55,290 nucleotides of DNA from a virus. Lineage: Duplodnaviria; Caudoviricetes. The notes under the pieces were generated by a model. The model worked only from the letters and a program-made list of their open reading frames with translations. It was not told the DNA's origin and searched no databases. Location of the stretch: IMG/VR virus record IMGVR_UViG_3300046373_000115, positions 1 to 55,290 of that record. One strand, given 5' to 3'. Positions 16,394 through 26,339 of this stretch are shown piece by piece. The position numbers were made by a program, and so were the translations under genes. Position 1 is the first letter of the stretch. Every line of letters begins with the position of its first letter.

Positions 16394-19300
16394 GCCTTCC
16401 TGACATCGCGGAACTCGGCTTTTCCGTTAACTCGAAGCCAGCCGTCGACGGAGCGCAAGACCTCGACAAGCTGACGGCGGCGACGGGACGGGCGGAGGCT
16501 GCGACCACCAAGCTCACCGCGACCGAGCGGGCGTTTGGCCAGACCACAACCGCGGCCTTCTCTCCGGTGCGTGACGCGGCCACGGCGACCAAGATGCTGG
16601 CAGCCGAGCAAGAGGCGCTGGTCAAGACGCAGACGCGGCTCAACGCGGCGCATGGCGACGCGGTGAAGTCGACCCGGAACCTCACCTACGCCGGACTCGG
16701 CCTTTCGCGCCAGCTTGCCGACATCGGTGTGCAGGGTTCGCAGTTGAACGCGAATTGGGGGATGATCTTCATCCAGCAGGCACCCCAGATCGTCGACATC
16801 TTTGCGGGCCTAAAGGCGGAGGGCATCGGTGTTTCGGCAGCGCTGAAAGCCATGTACGTCCAGGCTGCGCCGCTCCTTGCGATCCTCGCTCCCATCGCGC
16901 TCGCAGCCGGCGCTGTCGGCTCGGTCTTCGCCCTGTCGGCCCAGCAGATCAACAAGGAGAACAAAGACCTAGTCGCCGGCCTGGGTCTAACCGCCGACCA
17001 GTTGGACAAGGTCAAGAACAAGACCGTGACCATGGGCGACGTCGCGGTCGGCACCTTCAACGCCGCCAAGGGTGCACTGGCTTCTGCCTTTGGAGACGAG
17101 CTGAACACTGCGGGCAAGGCGATCGACAAATTCTTCGACGACATGGCCGCCAAAACGGTCAAGGAGGCGAAGGCGATCGTCGGCGGCTTCATGGGCGCGT
17201 TCGAGGCGGTCAAGGCGACGTGGTCGATGCTGCCGGGCGCGTTTGGCGACGCCACTGTGAAGGCCGCTCAGGCTGCGCTCGACGCGCTGGCCAAACTGGT
17301 CAACGGCGCGATCGGCCTGATCAATCCAGTGATCGGTGGTCTGAATAGCCGCTTCAAGCTGGGCCTGCCGCAGCTCGATCGCGTTGCCTTCGGCAAGCTG
17401 CGGAACGAGTACGAAGGGCAGATGGCGGCGACCGCTAAGGCTGGCGCTGACGCTTTCGCGCGGGGCAACGCGGCCGGCGGCGCACTGGTCGAGAAGGGTC
17501 TGGCCGCGATCACGCGAGAGACCCTGAGGGCGGCGCAGGCGCGCATCAAGGACGAGGCAGGCAAGGCGAAAGCCGCGAAGGCCACCAAGGATCACGCCGA
17601 CCGTGTCCAGTTGGAAACGGACGTCCTGGTCGCTCAGAACGAAATCTGGCCTGAGCGCGCCGCCGCGATGGAGGCCGCCGCCAAGCAGGCTAAGGCCCTG
17701 GCTGCCGCCCAACAGGCGCTGAACGACAACATCAAGGCATCCGACCGCCCCGCGACCGGCCTCGAAAACCTGATCGCGGGCTTCGAGGAGGCGCTGAGCA
17801 AGGCCGACGCCACCCGCTACGCCGTTGAGGACATCTTCTCCTCGATCGCTGGCAACGATTGGGCCGGCGCGTTCTCGGGTCTCCTTCGCGCGATCGACCT
17901 CGTAAAGAAGGCCTTCGACAGCGCCGCCACGTCCAAGGACAAGATGTCCGCCATCGCCGGCGTCGCCCAGGGCGTGGGCGGGGCCATCGGCGGCTCTACC
18001 GGCTCGGCGATTTCCGGCGCGGCGTCCGGCGCGATGACCGGCTTCACCATGGGCGGCGTTCCGGGCGCGGTAATCGGGGGGCTGCTCGGGGGTATTTCGT
18101 CCCTGTTCGGCTCCAGCAAGGCCAAGAAGCAGGCCAAGGCCGAAGCGGAGGCTCAGCGCCTCGCCGCCGAGCAAGCCCGCCTGCAGGAGGTCGCCAACCA
18201 GAAGCGCAGCCTCGAACTTCAACTGATGGAGGCGCAGGGCTGGTCGTTCGTGGCCCTGACCGCTCAGCGGGCCGACGAGCTTGCGAAGATGGACGCGACC
18301 AACCGCGCCCTCGCTGAGCAGGTCTACGCGGCTCAGGACGCAGCCAAGAGCAAGGAGTTGGAGATCCAACTGCTGGAGGCGACGGGCCAGGCCGAGGCCG
18401 CGCTGTCGATCCGCCGGCACCAAACGCTGGCGACCCTGTCCGAGCAGGATCAGGCCCTGCAAAAGCAGATCTGGGCCGCGCAGGACGCCACCAAGGCAGC
18501 CGAAGCTCTGGCTGACGCTCAGGCCAAGGCGACGGCCGAGGCGGAGGCTCTTGCTGAAGCGCAGGCAAAGGCGGCTGAAGTCGCGGCGCGCGCGGCCGCC
18601 GAGGCCGCCCAGGCGCAGGCCGACCTGAACAGCGCCCGGCAGGCCGACGCCGCTACGCTGGTCTCGAACGCCCGCTCAGCGCTGACGGAGGCCTATCAGC
18701 GCGAGGCCTCGGCGATCGAGGCGACCCGCGACAGGTTATCGGGCTTCGCGTCTGACCTGAAAGCGTTCCGCCTGTCTCTGTCGGGCGGCGCGGGCACGGC
18801 CGGTTCCGACTTCTTCAAGCTGGCGGCCAAGGCTCGGCTTGGTGACGCTGATGCGCTTGGCCAGCTGGTCAGCGCGGGCACGGCGGCCGACGCCGCGGCG
18901 AAGGCCGGCGCGAGTTCTCAGCAGGAATACTTGCGCGAACAGGCCAAGATCCGCAGCGCTGTCCAGGCCGCCGAGGACACCGCAAACCGCCAGGTGACGA
19001 TCGCCGACCAGCAGCTGGCCGCGCTCAATGCCCAGGTCTCGGGCCTAGTCGCGATCAACAGCAGCGTCCTCACCGTCGCGGCGGGCATCGCGGCGCTCCA
19101 GTCGGCCCTGGCCGTCCAGACCGGAACCTTCGGCGGCGCTGTCGCCAACCCGAACCGAAATTGGGGCGCGAACGCCGACGCGAATATGCTGCTTGCGCGC
19201 GGGACCGGCTACGGCGGCGACTTCGGATCCGGCGGCTTCCAGAAGTGGATCGAAGCCCAGGACGAGAGCACCAAGGCCACGGCCCGGGCGATCCTGCAGG

Positions 19301-19596
19301 CCCAGGGTCAGGCCTACCGCATCGCCTTCGCGACCGGCGGCTCGTTCGAGGTCGGAGGCTCCGGCAGCACCGACACTACACCCATAAACTTCATGGCCAC
19401 GCCCGGCGAGATGGTCAACGTCACCAAGGGCGACACCATGGGCGAGATGGTCGCCGAACTTCGTGCCCTGCGCTCGGAGGTCGCCTCCTTGCGCGCCGAC
19501 GGCCGCCGCACCGCCGACGCGACCGTTTCGACCGCCAAAACCCTGAAGAACGTCACTCCGAACGGCGACGCCATCCAGACTGAGGCCGCCGCATGA
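16390..19596 (+). CDS. tail tape measure protein
   Basis: 1068 aa, Ala-rich and helical; QLADIGV..IFIQQAPQI; C-terminal FATGG. Confidence 0.93.
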   Translation: MSLPDIAELGFSVNSKPAVDGAQDLDKLTAATGRAEAATTKLTATERAFGQTTTAAFSPVRDAATATKMLAAEQEALVKTQTRLNAAHGDAVKSTRNLTYAGLGLSRQLADIGVQGSQLNANWGMIFIQQAPQIVDIFAGLKAEGIGVSAALKAMYVQAAPLLAILAPIALAAGAVGSVFALSAQQINKENKDLVAGLGLTADQLDKVKNKTVTMGDVAVGTFNAAKGALASAFGDELNTAGKAIDKFFDDMAAKTVKEAKAIVGGFMGAFEAVKATWSMLPGAFGDATVKAAQAALDALAKLVNGAIGLINPVIGGLNSRFKLGLPQLDRVAFGKLRNEYEGQMAATAKAGADAFARGNAAGGALVEKGLAAITRETLRAAQARIKDEAGKAKAAKATKDHADRVQLETDVLVAQNEIWPERAAAMEAAAKQAKALAAAQQALNDNIKASDRPATGLENLIAGFEEALSKADATRYAVEDIFSSIAGNDWAGAFSGLLRAIDLVKKAFDSAATSKDKMSAIAGVAQGVGGAIGGSTGSAISGAASGAMTGFTMGGVPGAVIGGLLGGISSLFGSSKAKKQAKAEAEAQRLAAEQARLQEVANQKRSLELQLMEAQGWSFVALTAQRADELAKMDATNRALAEQVYAAQDAAKSKELEIQLLEATGQAEAALSIRRHQTLATLSEQDQALQKQIWAAQDATKAAEALADAQAKATAEAEALAEAQAKAAEVAARAAAEAAQAQADLNSARQADAATLVSNARSALTEAYQREASAIEATRDRLSGFASDLKAFRLSLSGGAGTAGSDFFKLAAKARLGDADALGQLVSAGTAADAAAKAGASSQQEYLREQAKIRSAVQAAEDTANRQVTIADQQLAALNAQVSGLVAINSSVLTVAAGIAALQSALAVQTGTFGGAVANPNRNWGANADANMLLARGTGYGGDFGSGGFQKWIEAQDESTKATARAILQAQGQAYRIAFATGGSFEVGGSGSTDTTPINFMATPGEMVNVTKGDTMGEMVAELRALRSEVASLRADGRRTADATVSTAKTLKNVTPNGDAIQTEAAA

Positions 19597-20747
19597 GAGT
19601 GATCCCACCGCTCGAGATCACGAACGCTCGGCTCACCAGCACCACGGCGCCGGAGCCGGGTGTCGGGGAAGCCGCTTTCAACATCGCCACGACCTATGCG
19701 ACGAACGACAAGGTCATCGTGGGATCGCCCACCCATACCGTCACCATCACGGTCGCGTCGCCGGGCGTCCTGACCTGGACCGCCCACGGCCAGGCAGACG
19801 CGACGCCCGTGGTGCTGACGACGACCGGCGCGCTTCCGACCGGCCTCACCGCCGGCGCCCGCTATTTCATCGTCAACTCGACCGCCGACACCTTCCAGCT
19901 TTCGGCCGAACCCAATGGCGCGCCGATCGTCACGACCGGCGCGCAGTCGGGAACCCACACGGCCACCGCCGAGGTTCATCGGACCTACATGAGCCGGGAG
20001 GACACGAATGTCGGCAACTCGCCGATGATCTCGCCCGACAAGTGGACGGACGTTGGCCCGACCAACGCCTGGGCGATGTTCGACCTGCTGCGCAGCACCT
20101 CGACATATCTGGGCTCGCTCCTGACGGTGGTTATTACCCCTGGCGTGCGAGTCGACACCTTGGGGTTGGACGGCATCGTCGCCGATAGCGTCACGGCCGT
20201 GGTTTCTGTTGGCGGATCGCCGATCAAGACCATCACCAAGTCGCTGCGCACTCGCATAGTCCGAAGCTGGCGTAACCATTTCTTCGCGCCGTTCACCACG
20301 GCAAGTGTCTTCTCGACGCTCGATCTCCCTCCGGCCACGAACGCGGTCATCACGATCACCCTGACCCGTGCCCAAGGCGACGTTGCACTGGCCGGCATGG
20401 TCCTGGGCATGTCCGAGTTCCTGGGGACCGCTCTCAACAACACGGTCGATGATGCGGACAACTTCTCGCGCGTCGACGAGGATCCAGATTTCGGCGACCG
20501 GAAGCTCACGCCGCGCCAGACCAAGCAGCGCCTGGCCATCCCCATCCTCTGCCCGGCCTGGAATGTCGTCTCCGCGCGAAGCTTGCGCAAGAAGCTCGCC
20601 GGCAGGCCCGCTCTCTGGATCGGCCTCGACGACGAGGACGGCAATTACTTCGAGAGCGTCTTCATCGTCGGGTTCTACACCGAAATGCCCATCAACCTCG
20701 ACGACGCGAACCAAGCCGTCATCCCCCTCGTCGTGAAGGAAGTCTAG
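19593..20747 (+). CDS. tail tip / distal tail protein with inserted beta-rich domain
   Basis: Follows TMP; W.DVGPTNAWAMFD motif; insert ITVASPGVLTWTAHG...YFIVNSTADTFQLS. Confidence 0.65.
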   Translation: MRVIPPLEITNARLTSTTAPEPGVGEAAFNIATTYATNDKVIVGSPTHTVTITVASPGVLTWTAHGQADATPVVLTTTGALPTGLTAGARYFIVNSTADTFQLSAEPNGAPIVTTGAQSGTHTATAEVHRTYMSREDTNVGNSPMISPDKWTDVGPTNAWAMFDLLRSTSTYLGSLLTVVITPGVRVDTLGLDGIVADSVTAVVSVGGSPIKTITKSLRTRIVRSWRNHFFAPFTTASVFSTLDLPPATNAVITITLTRAQGDVALAGMVLGMSEFLGTALNNTVDDADNFSRVDEDPDFGDRKLTPRQTKQRLAIPILCPAWNVVSARSLRKKLAGRPALWIGLDDEDGNYFESVFIVGFYTEMPINLDDANQAVIPLVVKEV

Positions 20748-20750
20748 ACC

Positions 20751-21725
20751 ATGACGATCCCGCTCATCACCGTGGTCCTGGACCCCCCGGAAATCTCGGA
20801 TCCCGTCAACTTCGAGGTCAAGGCAGACGCCCTGCTGAACGAGGGTCTGCCCGACCTTTGCGACCAGATGAACAACAGCATCGACGGGATCAACGAGGCG
20901 GTTGATGACATCAACACCGTGTTCGCCTCGGCGGGCTTCTACGCGACCTCGACGACCAGCAACACGATTGGCACGGGCGCGAAGACCTTCTTTGTGGCGC
21001 CCGGTCTTGGGTTCAGGAAGGGAGCCTTCCTGATCATCTCTGACGCCGCCGCTTCGACCGTCAATTGGCTGTTCGCGCAGATCGACGCCAGTGATCCGGC
21101 GACAGGTCAGCTCGACGTAGTCGTGGCTGCGGATGACGCGCACGGCTCGGGAACGAAGACTTCATGGGTCCTGACCATGTCGGGCCCAAAGGGCGTCACA
21201 GGCGGCATCGGCAAGCATTCGATCCCCGTGCCCGCAGCCGCCATGATCTCGGCCACCACCAACGGCGCCGCCGCTGGACGCGTCGAGACGACCACCAACA
21301 AGGTGATGCTGGCCAGCCTGGACTTCGACCCGTCCACGGCGGAGACGGCGCAGTTCTCCATCCCCATGCCTAAGGCATGGAACGAAGGAACCGTCACCTT
21401 CAGGGCGATCTGGCGCCACGGCGCGACGACGACCAACTATGGCGTGGCCTGGGGGCTCTCGGCGATGGCGGTCTCCGATGACGATCCCCTCGACGTCGCC
21501 TTCGGAACCGAGGTCATCGTCACCGACACCGGCGGCACGACCAATGACCTCTACACATCGGCTGAGAGCGCCGCTCTCACCGTCGCCGGCACACCGGCCG
21601 CGAGTGACGTGGTGTTCTTCAAGGTGCGCCGCGTCGTCGCCGACGCCGCCGACACCCTGGCGATCGACGCCTCCCTACTGCATCTGGCCGTGTTCATCAC
21701 GACCGACGCCGGGAACGACGCCTGA
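20751..21725 (+). CDS. minor tail / fibre-associated protein
   Basis: ATSTTSNTIGTGAKTF, GSGTKTSW...G motifs; tail module position. Confidence 0.65.
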   Translation: MTIPLITVVLDPPEISDPVNFEVKADALLNEGLPDLCDQMNNSIDGINEAVDDINTVFASAGFYATSTTSNTIGTGAKTFFVAPGLGFRKGAFLIISDAAASTVNWLFAQIDASDPATGQLDVVVAADDAHGSGTKTSWVLTMSGPKGVTGGIGKHSIPVPAAAMISATTNGAAAGRVETTTNKVMLASLDFDPSTAETAQFSIPMPKAWNEGTVTFRAIWRHGATTTNYGVAWGLSAMAVSDDDPLDVAFGTEVIVTDTGGTTNDLYTSAESAALTVAGTPAASDVVFFKVRRVVADAADTLAIDASLLHLAVFITTDAGNDA

Positions 21726-22375
21726 TGTTGCTCCTGGCATCGACGGCGCTACTTCGGGTGACTCCGCTGAAGTATCTCGTGGGCGTCGCCGATTATACCG
21801 CGCTGGCCAATGGATCGGACATGGCGACCAAGCTGCCGGTCGGCGCTCAGAAGGGCGACCTCTGCGCTATCGTCTTGACTGCGAACGCCGACCTGGACTC
21901 GGTCTCGCTGGCTAACAGCGGGTGGACTGGCGCCACCTACGATATAGCGCATGACGGCAATCAGTACGACACCTGGATCGGCTACAAGCTCCTTGAGGCT
22001 GCCGATCTCGCATCCAACGTCATCAGCAACAGCAACTCGAACCAAGTCGCATCGATCTTCATCTTCCGCGGGCTCGCGTCGCTAGCCGTGACCGCCGTGG
22101 GCGGCTCGGCGACGCCTCTGGCCAACGGGACTGACTACTCGGACGCTACGCCCGTTGCCGGCCATAAGGCTGGCATGGGCCTCTTCGCCACGCGCGGCCA
22201 AACCTTCGCCACAGCAGTCGAAGGGCCGCCTTGGGTGTCGAACACCCTCAACGGCTCGGCCTCGGCTCACAGCTATGAGCTCTACCCCTACGGCGACTAC
22301 GACGGCGCGGTCGCCACCTTCGAGAATATCCAGAATTGCGCCCAGTGGAGCGCCTTCAGGATCGACCTCGACTAG
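21725..22375 (+). CDS. hypothetical tail-associated beta-sandwich protein
   Basis: 216 aa, TGATG-coupled; LPVGAQKGDL. Confidence 0.55.
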   Translation: MLLLASTALLRVTPLKYLVGVADYTALANGSDMATKLPVGAQKGDLCAIVLTANADLDSVSLANSGWTGATYDIAHDGNQYDTWIGYKLLEAADLASNVISNSNSNQVASIFIFRGLASLAVTAVGGSATPLANGTDYSDATPVAGHKAGMGLFATRGQTFATAVEGPPWVSNTLNGSASAHSYELYPYGDYDGAVATFENIQNCAQWSAFRIDLD

Positions 22376-22416
22376 GGCGTCAGCCCCTACGCATCCACCT
22401 ACTCCAGGAGACGCCC

Positions 22417-23013
22417 ATGGCCGCCGCAAAGGCTGCGCTTCCGATCGCTGCTGTCCGAACGGGCGGGAAGTGGACGCAGGATTTCACCTTCTTCACCGAT
22501 CGAGCGATGACGACGCCGGAGGATTGGACCGGCCGATCTGCGATCCTATCCCTGGTCCCGCGCGATCCCGACAACATCGCCGAAGGCGCCTTCCAGCTGA
22601 CGTCCGAGGCCGATGGCGGGCTGGTCATGCTCTCCAACGGAGCTGGTATCCGTGTCGCCTCGACCGCGACCGCCGGACTCGTGCCCGACACCTATGACTT
22701 CGAATTGGCCTGGCTGGATGATGGCGAGCCAGTTCCGGTTCTGATCGGCTCGATCTCGATCGAACAGGGGCTGATGGAGATCGCCGAGGGCGAGGAGCTA
22801 CAGGCTCCCGTAACCACCAGCGGCGCGGCCGGGCAGGTCGTGAGGGTCTACGCCGCCGCCGGCGTCGTCCAGGTCGTGCAAGGCGCAGGCATCCAGGGCG
22901 AAAGCGGCCTGGTCATCAGCGAGACCGAGCCGCCGGTAGCCGCCGGCAAAAGCGTCCTCTGGCTGAAGCCCGTCGGCGATCAATACGACCTCCTCATCGT
23001 GACCGGAGACTGA
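22417..23013 (+). CDS. putative tail/baseplate connector (BppU-like)
   Basis: AGGAG RBS; DWTGRSA...T.GL....YDFEL...LIGSISI pattern. Confidence 0.55.
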   Translation: MAAAKAALPIAAVRTGGKWTQDFTFFTDRAMTTPEDWTGRSAILSLVPRDPDNIAEGAFQLTSEADGGLVMLSNGAGIRVASTATAGLVPDTYDFELAWLDDGEPVPVLIGSISIEQGLMEIAEGEELQAPVTTSGAAGQVVRVYAAAGVVQVVQGAGIQGESGLVISETEPPVAAGKSVLWLKPVGDQYDLLIVTGD

Positions 23014-23017
23014 CCCC

Positions 23018-23992
23018 ATGACCGCAACTTCACTGCTGGCGGGCTTGGCCACCGAGGAAAAGCAGGACGAACTCGCCACTGCGATCGCGCTGCTCGGGAC
23101 CGACGCCAAGCTCGAGCTGATCCGCCTCCTGCTCGCCGGAACACTGTCCGTCAGCGGCCCGCTCACCAGCGCGCAACTGTCTGCCGCCGCCCTGATGACG
23201 AACGCGAAGGGCGAGGAAGTCCGCGCCCTGCTGGCGGGAACACTTGCCGTCTCGGGCCCTCTGACTGATGCGCAGCTAGCGGCTCGGGGGCTGGCGACCC
23301 AGACCACGCTAGAGGCCGTCCGGGTCTTGCTGGCGGGAACGATCGCGGTCTCTGGGCCGCTCACGAACGCCCAACTCACTGCGGCCGGATTGGCGACGGC
23401 TGCAGCCCAAACAACGGCCCAGACCACGCTAGCGGCCCTGCTGACCGCGATGCAGGCGGCGACCCCCGCCGGCGAATTTCATGTCGGCGAAGTCGGGGGC
23501 AACACCGTGGTCGCGACGGCGAACTTCACTCGCCCAGCCGACACGAACGCCTATGCCGTCGGAGACCTCGTCGCCAACAGCACCACGGCGGGCTCCGTAC
23601 TTCCGATGTCCCTGATCGTGGCGCGGAAGAACGCAGGAACCGGCCGCGTGCTGCGCGCCAGGCTCGCGAAGACCAGCGCCTCGCTGACCAACGCTTCATT
23701 CCGCGTCCACCTGTTTAAGACGGCGCCTGCGACTACGCCGGGCGACAATGCGGCATTTGCGGCTGCGGTGTCCGGCGTTGCCGCGGTCTACCTGGGTTAC
23801 GTGGACGTCACCATGGACGTGGCTTTCACCGACGGCGCCAAGGGCTTTGGCGCGCTGGCTTCCGGCCCGTGCATCAGCTTCGACGCGCCGGCTGGAGTCA
23901 TGACCATGGCGGCCTTGATTGAGGCGCGAGCAGCCTACACGCCCGGCAGCGCCGAGACCTTCACTCTTGCCCTCGAAGTGGACCGCGACTGA
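23018..23992 (+). CDS. putative fibre/decoration protein with three about 33-aa tandem repeats
   Basis: Three copies of LLAGT[LI]xVSGPLTxAQL; C-terminal FTRPADTNAYAVGDLV domain. Confidence 0.65.
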   Translation: MTATSLLAGLATEEKQDELATAIALLGTDAKLELIRLLLAGTLSVSGPLTSAQLSAAALMTNAKGEEVRALLAGTLAVSGPLTDAQLAARGLATQTTLEAVRVLLAGTIAVSGPLTNAQLTAAGLATAAAQTTAQTTLAALLTAMQAATPAGEFHVGEVGGNTVVATANFTRPADTNAYAVGDLVANSTTAGSVLPMSLIVARKNAGTGRVLRARLAKTSASLTNASFRVHLFKTAPATTPGDNAAFAAAVSGVAAVYLGYVDVTMDVAFTDGAKGFGALASGPCISFDAPAGVMTMAALIEARAAYTPGSAETFTLALEVDRD

Positions 23993-24132
23993 TGCCCGCC
24001 TTTATCGCCGCTCGCCGCATCATCGCCCTCTCTACGGGTGTGGGGGTCAACGTTCTGCGCTCGCCCCTCAACAACGCCGTCCTCTATTCCGCCATCACCG
24101 GCCAGCCCCTGACCAGCGCTAGGAGCGCCTGA
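23992..24132 (+). CDS. small hypothetical protein (46 aa, MPAFIAARRII...)
   Basis: TGATG-coupled ORF filling the gap; its end contains the next gene's AGGAG RBS. Confidence 0.5.
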   Translation: MPAFIAARRIIALSTGVGVNVLRSPLNNAVLYSAITGQPLTSARSA

Positions 24133-24134
24133 CC

Positions 24135-25994
24135 ATGACTGTTCTGAACGCGGCCGAGATTGCGGCGGGCGGCGGCATGACCGCCGACCAACTGGTCGAC
24201 TATCGCCCGGCGCTGGGCTCGACGCTCGCGACCTTCGACGCCAGCCTGGTCCTGCCCTGGTTCTACGGGGATAGCCGTCCGGTCTTCACGCTCGACGCGC
24301 TGCTGGCCTCACTCAACGGCGTCTTCCGCCGCTCGTCGATCGGTCGCTATCTGGCCAGCACCGCTCTGATCACCCCGGCCGCCGCCAACAGCCCGCGCGT
24401 GCCGGTGGTCAGCGGCGTCAGGCAGGGCCTGCTGATCGAGGCCGCCAGTGAGAACAAGATGGTGCAGGCCACCGGAGCGTCGCAGATCACGGCGGGGGGC
24501 AACACCAACGTTACGGTCACCGCCAGCCCCGTTATGGGGCCGGACGGGGCGTTTTCGATGCAGCGGACCACGAGCACCGTGGCCAGCGGCTATGCTCAGT
24601 CTTCGAACATCACCCTGCCGGGCGACAACTCGATCTGGTCGTTCTCGGCCATGATCCCCAAGGCGGTGGCGAGCAACGCCGTGAAGATCGAAGTCGTCTG
24701 CGTCGGTGGATCCGCGTTCACCGACAACGTCCTTTTCGACCAGTTCACCGGGGTGATCACGAGTTCGGTCGGGACGATCACCGGCGTCATCGACCTCGGG
24801 GCCTATTGGCTGGTCTATATCGTCCACAACATCAACACCAACACGACGGCCCAAGTCCGCCACTACCCCGTGTTCGGCGGCACCGGCTCGTGCGACATCG
24901 TCTATGTCCAGGCCGAAAAGCGCCCTTGGCCGACGTCGCGGATCAAGACGGTTGGCGCGGCCCTGCGACGCGAGCGCGACTTTATCAGCTTCCCGACAAC
25001 GAAACTGATCGGCGCGGCCCAGGGCACGCTGGCGATCACCGCCAAGCCGCCCGGCGGCGCGATCGACCGGGTCATCGCCCAGTTCGACGAAGGCACGGAA
25101 AACAACCGGATCACGATCCGCCGGTCGTCGGCGGGCAATATCGAGGTGGTCTGGGTTAGCGGTGGCGTGACCTTGGGTACGTCGAGCCTTGGCGCGCACA
25201 CCGCCCTGGCCGAAACCACGGTCACGATCGGCTGGCAGGCCGGTAGCCTGAAAGCCGTCCGCGACGGCGGCGACCCGGTGACCATCGCCGCGACGGCCCC
25301 GACCGTGACCACCCTGCGGCTGGGCGGCAACAGCGTCGACGCCTCGCTCGATGGCGTGATCAGCCGCGTCTCGACGTGGAACACCTATCGCGCCGAGGCC
25401 TTCTACGCCGCGCCGGCAGTGTCTCTGGTCGCATGGGGCGACAGCATGGCGGCCGGTTCTGGCGTCTCCACCGTTCCGGAACACTGGATCGACATGCTGG
25501 GCGTTGACCTTGGCCGCACCATCTACAACGGCGGCGTCGGCGGCGAGACCTCGACCCAGGTCAAGACGCGTCATCTCGCCGATACGACTCACCTGTCGTG
25601 GGTCTCACTCTACTTCCTGGGCCACAACGCGCCCAACGCCGTCACGACGGTCGCCGATCTTCAGGCGATGATTGCCCACCAGAACGTCGATGACCGCAAC
25701 AAGCCCTTCCTCATCGACCTTCCCGTGCAGAACACGACCAATGCCGTCGGATCAGCGGGCTTCCTTGAGATCCTTGCCACGCGGGCGGCGATCATCGCGG
25801 CGTTCCCCAACAACTATGTCGACATCCCGGCGGCCCTGGCCGCTGCGGGCGACGGCAGCGCCAACGACAACGCCGACATCGCGGCGGGTTACACCCCGCG
25901 CAGCCTGCTGGCCGACACCATCCACCTGAATCTGGCGGGGCAGACCGTGGTCAAGAACGCCAACAAGGCCGCGATCATCGCTCGCGGCTACTGA
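24135..25994 (+). CDS. receptor-binding/tail fibre protein with lectin-like domains and C-terminal SGNH hydrolase
   Basis: GLLIE..SEN, QAEK..PTS.I.T, then GDS(M), NGGVGGETS, LGHN and DTIHLN SGNH blocks. Confidence 0.8.
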   Translation: MTVLNAAEIAAGGGMTADQLVDYRPALGSTLATFDASLVLPWFYGDSRPVFTLDALLASLNGVFRRSSIGRYLASTALITPAAANSPRVPVVSGVRQGLLIEAASENKMVQATGASQITAGGNTNVTVTASPVMGPDGAFSMQRTTSTVASGYAQSSNITLPGDNSIWSFSAMIPKAVASNAVKIEVVCVGGSAFTDNVLFDQFTGVITSSVGTITGVIDLGAYWLVYIVHNINTNTTAQVRHYPVFGGTGSCDIVYVQAEKRPWPTSRIKTVGAALRRERDFISFPTTKLIGAAQGTLAITAKPPGGAIDRVIAQFDEGTENNRITIRRSSAGNIEVVWVSGGVTLGTSSLGAHTALAETTVTIGWQAGSLKAVRDGGDPVTIAATAPTVTTLRLGGNSVDASLDGVISRVSTWNTYRAEAFYAAPAVSLVAWGDSMAAGSGVSTVPEHWIDMLGVDLGRTIYNGGVGGETSTQVKTRHLADTTHLSWVSLYFLGHNAPNAVTTVADLQAMIAHQNVDDRNKPFLIDLPVQNTTNAVGSAGFLEILATRAAIIAAFPNNYVDIPAALAAAGDGSANDNADIAAGYTPRSLLADTIHLNLAGQTVVKNANKAAIIARGY

Positions 25995-26026
25995 CCCCCA
26001 CACCCGTACTCAGTAGGATATGCAGC

Positions 26027-26203
26027 TCAACCCCTGTGAATGCGGGCGTTGATCGCGGTTTCGGCCACCTTCAACGCCCCTTCCAGCGCCTCGCGGATGA
26101 AGTCCGATCGCTTCTGCGCGCCGACCAAGGCATCGATCCGATCCGGCATTTCAGCCGGCAGGTTCACGGAAACGCGCTTCACATTGAGGGAGGGGCGGCC
26201 CAT
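26027..26203 (-). CDS. ribbon-helix-helix (CopG/Arc-like) regulator
   Basis: MGRPSLNVKRVSVNLP....RIDALVG..KRSDFIREA; AAGGAG RBS. Confidence 0.8.
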   Translation of the reverse strand: MGRPSLNVKRVSVNLPAEMPDRIDALVGAQKRSDFIREALEGALKVAETAINARIHRG

Positions 26204-26253
26204 CGGGTCTCCTTTGGCAAGCCCACAGGCTAGCCAGAAAGGGTAAATATCAG

Positions 26254-26271
26254 GCGCCGGATATCTGGCGC
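26254..26271. promoter_or_regulatory. palindrome GCGCCGGATATCTGGCGC, putative RHH operator
   Basis: Near-perfect 18-bp palindrome between the divergent RHH and recombinase genes. Confidence 0.45.
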
Positions 26272-26339
26272 GTAAGCTGCGCAGGTTATGGCCCGCACCT
26301 TGCGACGGTCGCCCCGTGTCCAACCACGGAGTGCCGGAA

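Noticed and set aside
9005-21143. Long minus-strand ORFs (9005-10975, 16987-18462, 19314-21143 and others)
   Set aside because: Antisense shadows of GC-biased structural genes; no RBS or recognisable motifs
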